Below, piece after piece: positions 1 through 10,691 of a DNA stretch of 64,000 bases. The DNA is from Promethearchaeota archaeon (GTDB taxonomy: Archaea > Asgardarchaeota > Lokiarchaeia > Sigyniarchaeales > SOKP01), in NCBI GenBank assembly GCA_048940925.1, contig JBHLOC010000007.1, positions 1 through 64,000 on the forward strand, given 5' to 3'. Below the pieces are notes generated by a model that did not search any database, was not told the DNA's origin, and saw nothing but the letters and a program-made list of their open reading frames with translations. The position numbers were made by a program, and so were the translations under genes. Position 1 is the first letter of the stretch; each line of letters opens with the position of its first letter.

Positions 1-160
1 TTGGAACTCGAAAATTATTACAGAAGAGAATTAATCATATGAATTCACTCCTTAAAAAATAAAAAAATATTTTTATTTTCCCTTTTCTCTCTCTTATTTG
101 AAATATTATATTTTATAATAATCAATTTATAATAATTTCTAATTAACCTCTATTTGAACA

Positions 161-643
161 ATGGATTGGAATGAAATAAACGCAATGTTCAATGCATTAA
201 TTAAACAGCTTTTTCATAATGAAAATTGGCAAAAAAGAGCTGATGCTGCGAGGCAATTAGGTATTTTAAAAGATGGAAGGGCAATAAATTTATTATGTAG
301 AGCACTTAGAACAGAAGAAGATCATATAGTTATTAACAAAATAATTGAATCACTAGGAAGAATAGGAGATGGGAGAGCAACTTTAAGAATTATTGAAAAA
401 CTCAAAGAAGAAAAAGAAAAAACAAATCCAGATAAATATAGAATAATATATATTTTAGAAAGTCTTAGAAGAATAAAAGATAAACGTGCCTTATTTTATA
501 TAAGCTCTTTTTTAGAATCATCTGATGAAGAAATAAGAGAGTTAGCTTACAAGACTTTTGAAATAATAGAACCTAATTGGAAAGAAATAATAAAGAAAGA
601 AAGAAACAAATCAATTCAAGAAATCTTCAAAACTAATGATTAA
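161..643 (+). CDS. HEAT-repeat (PBS lyase-like) protein
   Basis: Repeated helical units 'RADAARQLG..DGRAINLL', 'IIESLGRIGDGRATLRI', 'LESLRRIKDKRAL'. Confidence 0.8.
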   Translation: MDWNEINAMFNALIKQLFHNENWQKRADAARQLGILKDGRAINLLCRALRTEEDHIVINKIIESLGRIGDGRATLRIIEKLKEEKEKTNPDKYRIIYILESLRRIKDKRALFYISSFLESSDEEIRELAYKTFEIIEPNWKEIIKKERNKSIQEIFKTND

Positions 644-778
644 AAAAATATTTTTCATGATATATTAGTGTTAAGTTTTGTTTTATAATAAAAGTTTAAT
701 AACTAGGTTATTATGATTCCTTTATCCTTTTATTTTTAAATCTAAATAAAACTAAGTAAGGTTCTGAAACTGAAAAAA

Positions 779-1876
779 TTGTGTGTATGTTGGGATTTAG
801 AGGGACCTATCAGTACTCTTGATTTTGCAGCAGAATTGGGAAAAAAATTAAGTAAAAAGCCTCAATTAAATCTAAATGACTATAACATGGGAGATTTTTT
901 CAAGATGATTTCAAATTATGATGATTATATAATAGATATTCCAGGAATTAAAGAAAAATTAAAGATTCCTGATTATCAGCCAGGTGATACGCTTAGAATC
1001 ATGGCTCCTTTGTATGTTGCTAGTTATACTGATAGGGAATTGATTAACCTTGCTAGAAATAACCTTGGATTATTGCCAGGATGTAAAGAATTAATGAAAA
1101 TTTTACAAAAAGATTGGGATATCTATATTATTTCTACAAGTTATACTCCTTTTGCTCATGCGGTAACAGCAGCTTTAGATATTCCAAAAAATCATGTATA
1201 TTGCACTGATTTTAATATTAAAAAACTAACGGAAGGTCTAAATGATATCAAAAATTCTGTAGATATTTTGATTCGAAAAATATTTCAAAAATATTTAAAT
1301 AATAATATGGATCTAAACTTTGTTATTGAAGACTTAGATAACTTCTTCTGGAAAGGGGGAGAATCTGATTATATAAAAATAATGAACAACATAAAAGTTA
1401 GAGGAGGAAAGCGTAAGGAATTAGCCATAGAAGAAATATCAGACAAAACAGGAACACCTATTTCAGAGATGATAGCTCTAGGGGATTCAATTACAGATAT
1501 TGATATGCTTCAAAGATTAAATGATGAAGGTGGTATTGCTATTTCTTTTAACGGGAATCGATTTAGCTTAAAAAGAGCTAATATAGCAGTAACTGCTCCA
1601 AGTAATCTAGGAACTTTACCTATTTTTGATTTTAAAAAAGACATATACAAGTTTCTAGAAAGGTGGGAATTAAAATATGAAACTTTTGGGTATGATCCAA
1701 GAAAAATCCCTAATAAGTTAATTTCAAAAAATTGTAAGGATCTCTTTGTTGAATATAATTTTGTACCCGATCTAAGAGATTTGACAAATAAATCAAAAGA
1801 ACAAATAGAACATATAATCGCGATTCAGGAAAACATGAGGAAAAAAGTACGTGGTTGGGAAGGAACATTAGGATAG
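779..1876 (+). CDS. HAD-superfamily hydrolase (AF0444/EhaR-like)
   Basis: N-terminal WDLEGP motif I variant, 'IISTSY' motif II, 'GGKRK' motif III, 'GDSITD' motif IV; start codon uncertain (TTG). Confidence 0.75.
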   Translation: MCVCWDLEGPISTLDFAAELGKKLSKKPQLNLNDYNMGDFFKMISNYDDYIIDIPGIKEKLKIPDYQPGDTLRIMAPLYVASYTDRELINLARNNLGLLPGCKELMKILQKDWDIYIISTSYTPFAHAVTAALDIPKNHVYCTDFNIKKLTEGLNDIKNSVDILIRKIFQKYLNNNMDLNFVIEDLDNFFWKGGESDYIKIMNNIKVRGGKRKELAIEEISDKTGTPISEMIALGDSITDIDMLQRLNDEGGIAISFNGNRFSLKRANIAVTAPSNLGTLPIFDFKKDIYKFLERWELKYETFGYDPRKIPNKLISKNCKDLFVEYNFVPDLRDLTNKSKEQIEHIIAIQENMRKKVRGWEGTLG

Positions 1877-2112
1877 AATATTTTTATTTATGAGAGGGAA
1901 TCTATTTATCAAATTTTGTATTAAAATTGAGTACTCTTTAGTTATTTATCTCAAGATTTAGTTCATACTCTAATATGGAGAAAAAATATATTTTTTAATG
2001 TCTATAATTTTACATAAGAAATGATTATTTTAATCTTTCAAAATTTATTTATTGACAAATAATCAAATTTCTTAAAATAATATCATAATCTAAAAGATTA
2101 ATTGAGGTAGGA

Positions 2113-5100
2113 TTGAAAATGTCAACTTCACTTAAAGATGTAAATAAATTAAATCAAATAATCTCAGAAAATATCGATGATCCGATTTTTATCCTAAATG
2201 AGAATTTTGTGTGTGAGTATGTTAATACTAGAGACTTTGGAGAAAATAAATTTTTTATCGATTTTGCCCACCCTAATGAAACTAATTACTTAATGAAATT
2301 ATTAAAAGATGTTTTGAAAAATGGTAATGCAGTTGGACAAGCAAGGATGAAACTGGAAGGAAATAAATATAACTGGTTTGAAATTAAATGTAAACGAATT
2401 CAGCTTAATAATAAATCAAAAAAAATATTTCTTATTTGTAGAGATATTACATATTTTAAAAATAAGGAGGACTATTTCACAAAAAGCCAGGAAAAGCTCA
2501 ATAAATTAGCAGATTCCTTACCAGAGATTAGATATTGGAAATTTCTTCAATCGAAAGAAGGTATTAAAATAGTTCAAAAAACCAGGGAAATGTTAGAGCT
2601 AGTAATTGATAATATACCTCAATTAATTTATTGGAAAGATAAAAATTTGGTGTATTTAGGATGTAATAAGAATTATGCCCAAATAAATGGTATGAATGAA
2701 CCTTCTTCCATAGTAGGCAAGACAGATAATGATCTAATTTGGTTAAAGAATGATTTATCACACATCCTAGAGATAGAAACACAAGTAATAATGAAGAATA
2801 GTGCAGAATATAATATTATTGAATCATTAGTTATGCCTGATAGCAATCAAGTTTGGTTTGAAATCAATAGAATTCCTTTGCACGATTTGGAAGATAACGT
2901 TGTAGGAATTTTGGTTACTTATGAAAATATTACTGATCGAAAAATCGCTGAGCAAAAATTAAAAGAATCTGAAGAAAAATATCGTGGAATACTTGAAAAT
3001 ATAAAAGAAAGTTATTTTGAAGTTGATTTAAAAGGGAATATCACATTTTTTAATGATTCATTAAGTGAACTTATTGGATATTCACGAAATGAACTTATGG
3101 GATTAAATTATAAATATATTACTGATGAAGAAAATAGAAAAAAGATTTTTAAAGGTTTTAATAGCGTCTTTAAAACTGGTGAACCTTTAAGTGATTTTCA
3201 ATATCAAATTAGGAATAAGTCTGGAGAAAATGTAATATGTGAAACATCAGTTTATTTGAATTATGATTCTAAGGGTAATAAAATTGGATTTAGAGGTATA
3301 ACACGTGAAATTACGGAAAAATACATTTTAGAACAAAAGATTAAAGAGTCTGAAGAAAAATATAGAACAATTTTCAATGCTAATCCAGATTATATTTTTA
3401 TAACTGACATCAGTGGGAATATTTTAGAGATGAATCCTGCATTGTTAGAAAAACTTGGTACTACTTTAGAAGAAATTCGCGGAAGAAATTTTGCTGAATT
3501 TTATGCCGGTGATAACATTGATGAATTACAAGAAGTTATAGAAAAAATTAGGGCAGGAGAAGTGGTTAAGGAAATTGTAATTAAAGCTAAATCTATACTT
3601 GGAAGAATTTTTGAGTATGAAGTAAACTCAGTTCCTCTAAAAGAAGATGGAAATATTGCCAAAATATTGAATTTAGCAAGAGATATATCATATCGAAAAG
3701 AAGCGGAGGAAAAAATTAAAGAATCTGAGAAAAAGTATCATCATTTATTTGAGAATACTCCTTATGCTATTTGGCTTATAGATGAAGATGGGGTCATTGT
3801 TGATTGTAATTCTACTACAAATAAATTACTTTCAATTTTAGAAATTGAGGAGCTTATTGGAAAAAAGTTTTCAGAAGTCATATCAGTTCTAAAAAGGTCA
3901 GAATATCTCATAAACATGCTAGAAGATCGATTTAAAAAATTTCAAGAAGGTGAAAGAGGAGGACCATTAGAACTTCAAATCACTCGTGGTGATGGTAAAA
4001 GAATTTGGTTATCGATACAGAGTTCATTTGTAAAAATTGGAGAAAGAAATCTAACACAAGCAATAATCCAAGATATTACTGAAAAGAAAACTGCAGAACA
4101 AAAAATAATGGAATCAGAAATAAAGTATCGTCATTTATTCGAAAGTTCTCCTTACGGAATTATCTTAGTTAATAGAAAAGGGCAAATTGTAGATGCGAAT
4201 CCTGCAACAGAGACTATATTTGGGAGAAATATTGAAGAATTAATCAATGAAAGCTTTTTAACTATAAGAATAAAACCAGAAAAAGTTTTACCCCTATTTA
4301 AACAAAGATATGAATCAATTCTTAATGGGAAAGTAGTAAAATCTTTAGAAGTACAAATTACTCGATCTCAGGATGGAAGAAAAATATGGATAAGTATTGA
4401 TGATTCATTAGTGGAAATTGGGGGAGAAACTATTTTTCAGGTCATAGTACAAGATATAACTGAAAAAAAAAATGCTGAACAGAAATTAAAAAAATCTCAA
4501 GAAGAATTACAAATTTTAAATCGAGAATTAGAACAAAAAGTTAAAGAAAGAACAAAAGATTTAATAGAATCTGAAAGACAACATCGTACAACTATTAATT
4601 CACTAGCCGATCCACTCCATGTTGTAGATAGAGATTTAAGAATAATTTTAATTAATAAAGAACTTCAAAATTGGCTTAGAGAACTAAATATAAATTTCGA
4701 TCTACATGGTAAACAGATTTTTGAAGTGTTCCCATTTTTACCACCTAAGATTCATAAAGAATATATGCAAGTCTTTGATACTGGAATACCTCTTATTACT
4801 AAAGAAACCACAATATTAGAGAATGCTGATATTATTACTGAAACTCGAAAAATCCCAATCTTCCATGAAGGAAAAGTTGAGCAAGTAATTACAATAATAC
4901 GAGACATTACTGAAAGCTACAACTTAGAACAGGAATTGCGTGAATCTGAGAGGAAATTAAGAGAGCAAAATATTGAGTTAATGAAAATGGATAAAATAAA
5001 AAATGATTTCATAACCATGGCGGCACATGAATTAAAAACTCCTTTAATATCAATTTCAGGATACACTGATTATATACTTATGAAACATAAAGATTATCTA

Positions 5101-5688
5101 AATCCAGAAATTATGGAAGACTTAAAAACTATACAACGAAATGTTAACAGATTGGAAATATTAATGGATCAATTACTTGATGTAATGAAGATTGATGAAG
5201 AAAAATTAAAGTTACGTGTAGAGCCTACTAATATAAGTAATATAATTAATAATTGCCTTAATGAATTAAGCTATTTGATTAATGAAAAAAACCTTGAGAT
5301 AATTCTGAATATTGAGCCTGAAGTGGTGTTAAATGTAGACCCAACGCGAATTATGACTGTTTTTACTAACTTGATCTCAAATTCAATAAAATTTACACCT
5401 GATTATGGATGGATTGAAATATCTACTAAAAAAGATAAAAAGAATTATATTTTTGAAGTAAAAGATAATGGAATAGGATTAACAGAAAGCGAAATTGAGC
5501 GTTTATTCAAAAAATTTGAAAGAATTAAACAACCAATAATAAGTAAAAGTGTTAATATAAAAGATTCTGGAACAGGTTTGGGACTTTACATTACAAAAGG
5601 TATAGTTAATGCGCATGGAGGAAAAATCTGGGCAACTTCTGAAGGTGAAAATAAAGGTGCCAATTTCATTTTTACATTACCATTTTAA
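2113..5688 (+). CDS. Cytoplasmic multi-PAS (about 7 PAS/PAC) sensor histidine kinase
   Basis: Repeated 'ESEEKYR..FEN.P' and 'DITE.K' PAS linkers; H-box AAHELKTPL, N-box NLISNSIKFT, G-boxes DNGIG and GTGLGL; no TM segments. Confidence 0.95.
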   Translation: MKMSTSLKDVNKLNQIISENIDDPIFILNENFVCEYVNTRDFGENKFFIDFAHPNETNYLMKLLKDVLKNGNAVGQARMKLEGNKYNWFEIKCKRIQLNNKSKKIFLICRDITYFKNKEDYFTKSQEKLNKLADSLPEIRYWKFLQSKEGIKIVQKTREMLELVIDNIPQLIYWKDKNLVYLGCNKNYAQINGMNEPSSIVGKTDNDLIWLKNDLSHILEIETQVIMKNSAEYNIIESLVMPDSNQVWFEINRIPLHDLEDNVVGILVTYENITDRKIAEQKLKESEEKYRGILENIKESYFEVDLKGNITFFNDSLSELIGYSRNELMGLNYKYITDEENRKKIFKGFNSVFKTGEPLSDFQYQIRNKSGENVICETSVYLNYDSKGNKIGFRGITREITEKYILEQKIKESEEKYRTIFNANPDYIFITDISGNILEMNPALLEKLGTTLEEIRGRNFAEFYAGDNIDELQEVIEKIRAGEVVKEIVIKAKSILGRIFEYEVNSVPLKEDGNIAKILNLARDISYRKEAEEKIKESEKKYHHLFENTPYAIWLIDEDGVIVDCNSTTNKLLSILEIEELIGKKFSEVISVLKRSEYLINMLEDRFKKFQEGERGGPLELQITRGDGKRIWLSIQSSFVKIGERNLTQAIIQDITEKKTAEQKIMESEIKYRHLFESSPYGIILVNRKGQIVDANPATETIFGRNIEELINESFLTIRIKPEKVLPLFKQRYESILNGKVVKSLEVQITRSQDGRKIWISIDDSLVEIGGETIFQVIVQDITEKKNAEQKLKKSQEELQILNRELEQKVKERTKDLIESERQHRTTINSLADPLHVVDRDLRIILINKELQNWLRELNINFDLHGKQIFEVFPFLPPKIHKEYMQVFDTGIPLITKETTILENADIITETRKIPIFHEGKVEQVITIIRDITESYNLEQELRESERKLREQNIELMKMDKIKNDFITMAAHELKTPLISISGYTDYILMKHKDYLNPEIMEDLKTIQRNVNRLEILMDQLLDVMKIDEEKLKLRVEPTNISNIINNCLNELSYLINEKNLEIILNIEPEVVLNVDPTRIMTVFTNLISNSIKFTPDYGWIEISTKKDKKNYIFEVKDNGIGLTESEIERLFKKFERIKQPIISKSVNIKDSGTGLGLYITKGIVNAHGGKIWATSEGENKGANFIFTLPF

Positions 5689-5817
5689 TTTTATTTAATT
5701 AAGAGTTCCATTATTTTTTATTTAATAACAAACAGAAATTTATTGACCCGTCATAATATATTATTGATTTTTCATAAAATAAACTATTGATATGTTTTAT
5801 TAGTGTAGAAATTCAAA

Positions 5818-7965
5818 ATGGCTAAATTAATTATTACTGAAAAGAATAAAGCAGCAGAAGCTATAGCGAATGCTCTTGGGACCGTTAAAGTAATAAAGAA
5901 AGCTAAATCCTTAAATATATATACAATTCCTTCGAATGATATATACGTTGTTCCGCTCCGTGGACACATTCTTGAGTATCATAATACAGATTCTTATAAA
6001 AGTTGGACAAAGACAAATCCGAGGGAAATTATTACCAACCCAAAAGCTATTAAGAAAATTCCTATAAGTTATGCTTATCCCTATATCAATGCTTTAAAAG
6101 ATTACTCTAAAATTTCAGATCATTGCATTATAGGTACAGATGCAGATATTGAAGGTTGTAACATTGGATTATTTGATGCACTACCTTTCGTCAGACAAGT
6201 AAATCCTCATATAAAAATATCTCAAATGTGGCTTAGTTCACTTCAAAAAGCAGAAATAATATATAAATTTAATAACCTCATAACGCCAAAATATAGCTGG
6301 GGTGAATCAGGAGAAGCAAGAGCTTATATAGATGCGTTTATAGGATTTTCAGCTACTCGTGAAGTTACTAATACTTTTCGTCCACTTCTGAATAAATTTC
6401 GAGTTCGATTTACATCAATTGGCAGAGTTCAAACTTGTCTTTTATATCTAATATATCTTCGTGAACAAAAGATATCGAATTTTACCCCAGAACCTTATTT
6501 CTTAATTAATGCTGACTTATTTCACCAAAATGGAGTTTTCAGGGCTTATCATGAGCAGAATCCATTTAAGGATGATCAGGAAGCTAAAGCAATCCAAATA
6601 TTTCAAAAAGTTAAAGATGAAAAATTTGCTAAGATTATTAATAATTCTAAGAATGTTAATAGAAGATCTCCTCCAAGTCCATTAAACACTTCAAAAGCTT
6701 TAGTACTATTAACTAAGAATTTAAGAGTTTCTGCTAACTTGGCAATGCAAACTATGAATGCTTTATACCTTAATAAGATAATCTCGTATCCCAGGACTGA
6801 TAGTGATACTTACAAACCGAATTTCGATCATAATAAGATATTACTAAAATTTACTTCACATTCAAAATTTAAAAATTACACTCTAAGTCTACTGAAGAAT
6901 AATAAAGTAATTCCAACAAAAGGAAAAAAAGATTTGGGAGATCATCCTCCCATTACGCCTCTCGAAAGTTTAGAAGAGAATTCTAACAAATTTGAGAACA
7001 TAATGCAAAAAAAAGTTTATAATCTACTTGTACGTCATTATTTGGCACTTTTTGGAGAACCTGCCTTAGAATCAAAACAATTTCTAAAAATTCTTATTAA
7101 AGAGGAACCTTTTACTTCGCAAATTGTATCATTAACTACCCCTGGATTTTTAGAAATTGCCCCTTTCCTCAAACCTAAATATGATGAAGAAATTCAAATT
7201 ATTGACAACAAACTACCGATAAAGGAAATAATCTTTGAACAAAAAGAAACAAAACCTCCACCAAGGTATACTGATACATCTCTACTTACATTGATGGAAA
7301 AAAATCATCTTGGAACCAAATCAACAAGACCAGTCATAATTAAAATATTAAAAACTCGTAATCTAATTAAAAGAACACAAAATCATAATCTTATAACTGA
7401 TTTAGGTAAATTTATTATTGAAAATTTAATTGAAATATGGTTACCGTTTTTAAAACCCAATTTTACCAGACGAGTAGAAGAAGAGCTTGAAGAGATTAAG
7501 GAGGAAAAAAAAAAGATGAATGATGTGGTAGAGAAGATAAGAAAAGAGTTTTTATTACTATTTGATAAGTTCTTGATTAATAAACATAAACTAATTCCTA
7601 AAGCTGAGAATTATAAGATGAATGTAAATATCCTATTAACTTCTGCAAAATGTCCCTCTTGTAATAAAAAGCTTATGAAATTTATTAATACTAAAAATAA
7701 AAGATTTTTAGTTTGTTCTGATGATAGTTGTAAAAATTTTTTATCATTACCTAAGAATGGAAACTTAGAATTATTAGATTCTCTTTGTTCAATATGCAAT
7801 TTTAATATATTTAAAGTTAGCCTCAAGAAAAATAATAAATCTCATGCCTATTACTTATGTCCTAGGTGCTGGAATGAAGGATTAAAAGAAAAAATATCAG
7901 GTAAAGGATTTTGTAACAATTGTATTGATTATAAAATTCTTAAAGGACAATGCATAAAGAAATAA
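5818..7965 (+). CDS. topA: Type IA DNA topoisomerase (archaeal TopA/Topo III) with C-terminal Zn ribbons
   Basis: Toprim 'ITEK', 'TDADIEG', 'GRVQT', active-site 'ISYPRTDS', 'HPPITP', 'LGTKSTR'; C-terminal CxxC pairs. Confidence 0.95.
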   Translation: MAKLIITEKNKAAEAIANALGTVKVIKKAKSLNIYTIPSNDIYVVPLRGHILEYHNTDSYKSWTKTNPREIITNPKAIKKIPISYAYPYINALKDYSKISDHCIIGTDADIEGCNIGLFDALPFVRQVNPHIKISQMWLSSLQKAEIIYKFNNLITPKYSWGESGEARAYIDAFIGFSATREVTNTFRPLLNKFRVRFTSIGRVQTCLLYLIYLREQKISNFTPEPYFLINADLFHQNGVFRAYHEQNPFKDDQEAKAIQIFQKVKDEKFAKIINNSKNVNRRSPPSPLNTSKALVLLTKNLRVSANLAMQTMNALYLNKIISYPRTDSDTYKPNFDHNKILLKFTSHSKFKNYTLSLLKNNKVIPTKGKKDLGDHPPITPLESLEENSNKFENIMQKKVYNLLVRHYLALFGEPALESKQFLKILIKEEPFTSQIVSLTTPGFLEIAPFLKPKYDEEIQIIDNKLPIKEIIFEQKETKPPPRYTDTSLLTLMEKNHLGTKSTRPVIIKILKTRNLIKRTQNHNLITDLGKFIIENLIEIWLPFLKPNFTRRVEEELEEIKEEKKKMNDVVEKIRKEFLLLFDKFLINKHKLIPKAENYKMNVNILLTSAKCPSCNKKLMKFINTKNKRFLVCSDDSCKNFLSLPKNGNLELLDSLCSICNFNIFKVSLKKNNKSHAYYLCPRCWNEGLKEKISGKGFCNNCIDYKILKGQCIKK

Positions 7966-8018
7966 AATATAAACTTATATTATAACCTAAATAATAGAAC
8001 TTTTTTTTGTTTTATGAA

Positions 8019-8519
8019 ATGAATAAATTTGGATTTATTTCTCTGTTTTTTACCATCATCCTTTATTTCCTACAGTTTATACCTTTAGGGTTTTACTTCC
8101 AATTTGAAACGCCATTTATAAGTGCTCTTGTAAAAGTTCCAATTCATATTTTTGCTTATGAAAATGATGAGATCTTTTTTTGGGGAATAAAAATGGATGG
8201 AAATTTCCAGTTCTGGTTTAATATAAATCTTCTCACTAGCATATTTTTAATAATTCTTACACCACTTGCTGCACTTTTGAATATATTTGGCTTTTCTAGA
8301 GAAAATATAGCTGGAAAGAAACTTATGAATGCAAATTTCGTCATTTTATTAATTATTTCTTTATACATCATAATTGGGATTCCTATATACAGTAAGGAAA
8401 TTTTTGGAATTCAATTTGGATATTTAGATATCTTTTTTTATCTCAATAATGGATTTTTTATTTTGTTAATTAATGTTATCATAGCAGGAATAGCTTATTT
8501 CACTCACCCAATTAAATAA
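8019..8519 (+). CDS. Small multi-pass membrane protein
   Basis: About 4 hydrophobic segments; loop with FFWG; ATG at 8019 preferred over TTG at 8007. Confidence 0.7.
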   Translation: MNKFGFISLFFTIILYFLQFIPLGFYFQFETPFISALVKVPIHIFAYENDEIFFWGIKMDGNFQFWFNINLLTSIFLIILTPLAALLNIFGFSRENIAGKKLMNANFVILLIISLYIIIGIPIYSKEIFGIQFGYLDIFFYLNNGFFILLINVIIAGIAYFTHPIK

Positions 8520-8535
8520 ATAGAGGACTTTTAAA

Positions 8536-9012
8536 ATGACACTAAAATCAGGTATTTCTGCAGGAATAATTGCATTTATTATAACATTTATAGCTGAGAT
8601 CCCTATTTACCCCCCAGAAAATTGGGTTATTAGCTTTGAATTATTTTCTTTAAACAAAACTAATTTTTATTACTGGGGTTATAAAACTAATGAACAAGGA
8701 GTTTTTACACCTTTTCTCGGTTCTTTCCCTGAATCTCTCATTTATGTTTGTATTTGGTCTTTTATATTCATAATCGGATTGAATTCGATAATGGCCTCAA
8801 CTTCTAAAGCCAACTTAAGCAATTCTTTAAAATTATTCAAGTTAAATATACTTTTATTGTTATTGATATTAAGTATATTTAGTTGGATAGAAATAATATT
8901 GATTTTAGAGGATCTTGGCTCTTTTTTTGATATAATAGGATTAGGTTATTATTTAACTATTATTGTTTTGATTCTTAATATAATTGCTGTCAAGAAAGTA
9001 AAAAAGGATTAA
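8536..9012 (+). CDS. Small multi-pass membrane protein, probable paralog of the upstream gene
   Basis: About 4 TM, YYWG loop, 'GLGYYL' vs 'NNGFFI' before last TM; RBS GAGGA upstream. Confidence 0.7.
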   Translation: MTLKSGISAGIIAFIITFIAEIPIYPPENWVISFELFSLNKTNFYYWGYKTNEQGVFTPFLGSFPESLIYVCIWSFIFIIGLNSIMASTSKANLSNSLKLFKLNILLLLLILSIFSWIEIILILEDLGSFFDIIGLGYYLTIIVLILNIIAVKKVKKD

Positions 9013-9025
9013 GACGATCTCTCTT

Positions 9026-9364
9026 TTAGAAGAAATTTCTTGTCTCAAATCTGTATGCTGCTCTTGTTAGTCCTACATAATTATCTGAGATTTTATAAAA
9101 CATTTTACCATTTACTATTTTTTTCTGTAAGTAATTATTTTTAATAGTATGGTTAAGAGCTCCTATCATAGTACCTAAAGTAACTGCTCCTATAAACTCA
9201 TGCTGTTTTTTTGTTATTCTTATTAATTCCAGCTCAGAATGCCAATGACCATCGAGTAAAGCTATTAGAATTTCATTTTTTATTGGGGTTTTTATATCCT
9301 TAATTTTATTAAATAAAATTGAATAACCAGGTTTATAATATTTATGTTCCTCAATTCCTTCCAT
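9026..9364 (-). CDS. Small protein, possible winged-helix fold
   Basis: Helical 'ILIALLDG..HSELEL' followed by a beta-wing-like 'KKIVNGKMFYKIS'. Confidence 0.5.
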   Translation of the reverse strand: MEGIEEHKYYKPGYSILFNKIKDIKTPIKNEILIALLDGHWHSELELIRITKKQHEFIGAVTLGTMIGALNHTIKNNYLQKKIVNGKMFYKISDNYVGLTRAAYRFETRNFF

Positions 9365-9477
9365 TATTAAAATTACCTTCAGAAAAGAGAGTTTATAATA
9401 TGGAATAATACCTAATTTTGTTATTTAACTAAATATATTATCACCGTATTATGAATAACCAATAGGGTAACCTTTCA

Positions 9478-10599
9478 TTATATCAAATCAGGAGGAATAC
9501 CTTCTTTAAAATATCTAGCTCGAGTTATCCAATTCTCTGAGAATTCAGGAATCATTGCCAGAATAGAACCTCCAATCCATACTGAAAATGTTCTTTCTTG
9601 GGGAGCAATAATTCTAATAACCTGATCTGTTTTTTTCCTCCTAGCCAACTCTAACTCTAATTCTTGATACATACGAGCTTTTAGATTAGGGAACATTGAA
9701 GATCCTCCAGATAAAAATATATTGTTTAATAATTCGGGACGAATATCTAAATCACACCCTCCTATAACGTCCATTATAGCGACTGGTAATGAAATTTCCT
9801 CTAATTCTGAAGAAGGGTTAAATAAGAGCTCTGGCACTAAAAATCTTTCTTTATTCAACGATATAGTAGATCCATCAGGTAAAGAATATTCCTTTTCATA
9901 TTGTTCACTTCTTCTTAAGTCTTCTTTATAATCTAAGGATACAAAACAAGATTTTTCCTTCAATACTCGAACTAGTTCTCGTCTTATAGATGAATCTACA
10001 GACCATCCAATAGATTCTAATGTTTGTTCCATATATCGAGTTAAAACTCTCCCTCCAATGTCCAAAATTTTTACCGCATGGTCTATCTTATATCCTTCAT
10101 AGATTGGCACTATTCTGGTGTTACTATCACCAATTTCAATAATTAAACCTGTTTGAAAACCTCCTGAATAAAGGGTTAACATGGAATCAAGTACAGGATA
10201 AAAGGCCATGCACTGATAATGTTCCAAGAAAAGTTCAAAAACTCTTTTTAAATCTTTATATGGGAATAAGGGGTGGATTGCAAATAATACATTTACTAAT
10301 GTTGGATCTACTCTCAGTTTATAAAAAATGTAATCAATAATATTTTCAAAACGCGCCCAATCAACAATGATTCCTTTCTCAATAGGATGAGAAATCTTAT
10401 ATAAGCCAATTGACTGAATTTCATCACCTACATAGATCTCATTTTCTCGAGATTCATTTGTTATATAATCAATACCCACACTTTGATATTTTGGTTGCCC
10501 AACCATTGTCAAAAACACTTGACTAGGTGAATCTTCTCCAGCGAAACCTATCTTTGAACTAAACTGACCTATATCTAAAACAACAGTAAGATTTCCCAT
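9478..10599 (-). CDS. Actin-family protein (divergent Asgard actin/Arp-like)
   Basis: VLDIG..KIGFAGEDSP, YVGDE, PIEKGII.DW, GDSNT..VPIYEGY, DIGGR.LT.Y, KEKSCFV, YSLPDG, LSGGSSMFP, SVWIGGSILA; collinear with eukaryotic actin. Confidence 0.97.
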   Translation of the reverse strand: MGNLTVVLDIGQFSSKIGFAGEDSPSQVFLTMVGQPKYQSVGIDYITNESRENEIYVGDEIQSIGLYKISHPIEKGIIVDWARFENIIDYIFYKLRVDPTLVNVLFAIHPLFPYKDLKRVFELFLEHYQCMAFYPVLDSMLTLYSGGFQTGLIIEIGDSNTRIVPIYEGYKIDHAVKILDIGGRVLTRYMEQTLESIGWSVDSSIRRELVRVLKEKSCFVSLDYKEDLRRSEQYEKEYSLPDGSTISLNKERFLVPELLFNPSSELEEISLPVAIMDVIGGCDLDIRPELLNNIFLSGGSSMFPNLKARMYQELELELARRKKTDQVIRIIAPQERTFSVWIGGSILAMIPEFSENWITRARYFKEGIPPDLI

Positions 10600-10691
10600 A
10601 ATTTAAATTAATTCAAGATCCCTTTTTGTTAAATAGCTATAAGACCTATATTTAATATATTATTATACTAATTCAAAAATATTATTTACTT

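Noticed and set aside
1-42. 3' end of an upstream CDS
   Set aside because: Two short frames are possible (LELENYYRRELII* or WNSKIITEEN*); cannot be assigned
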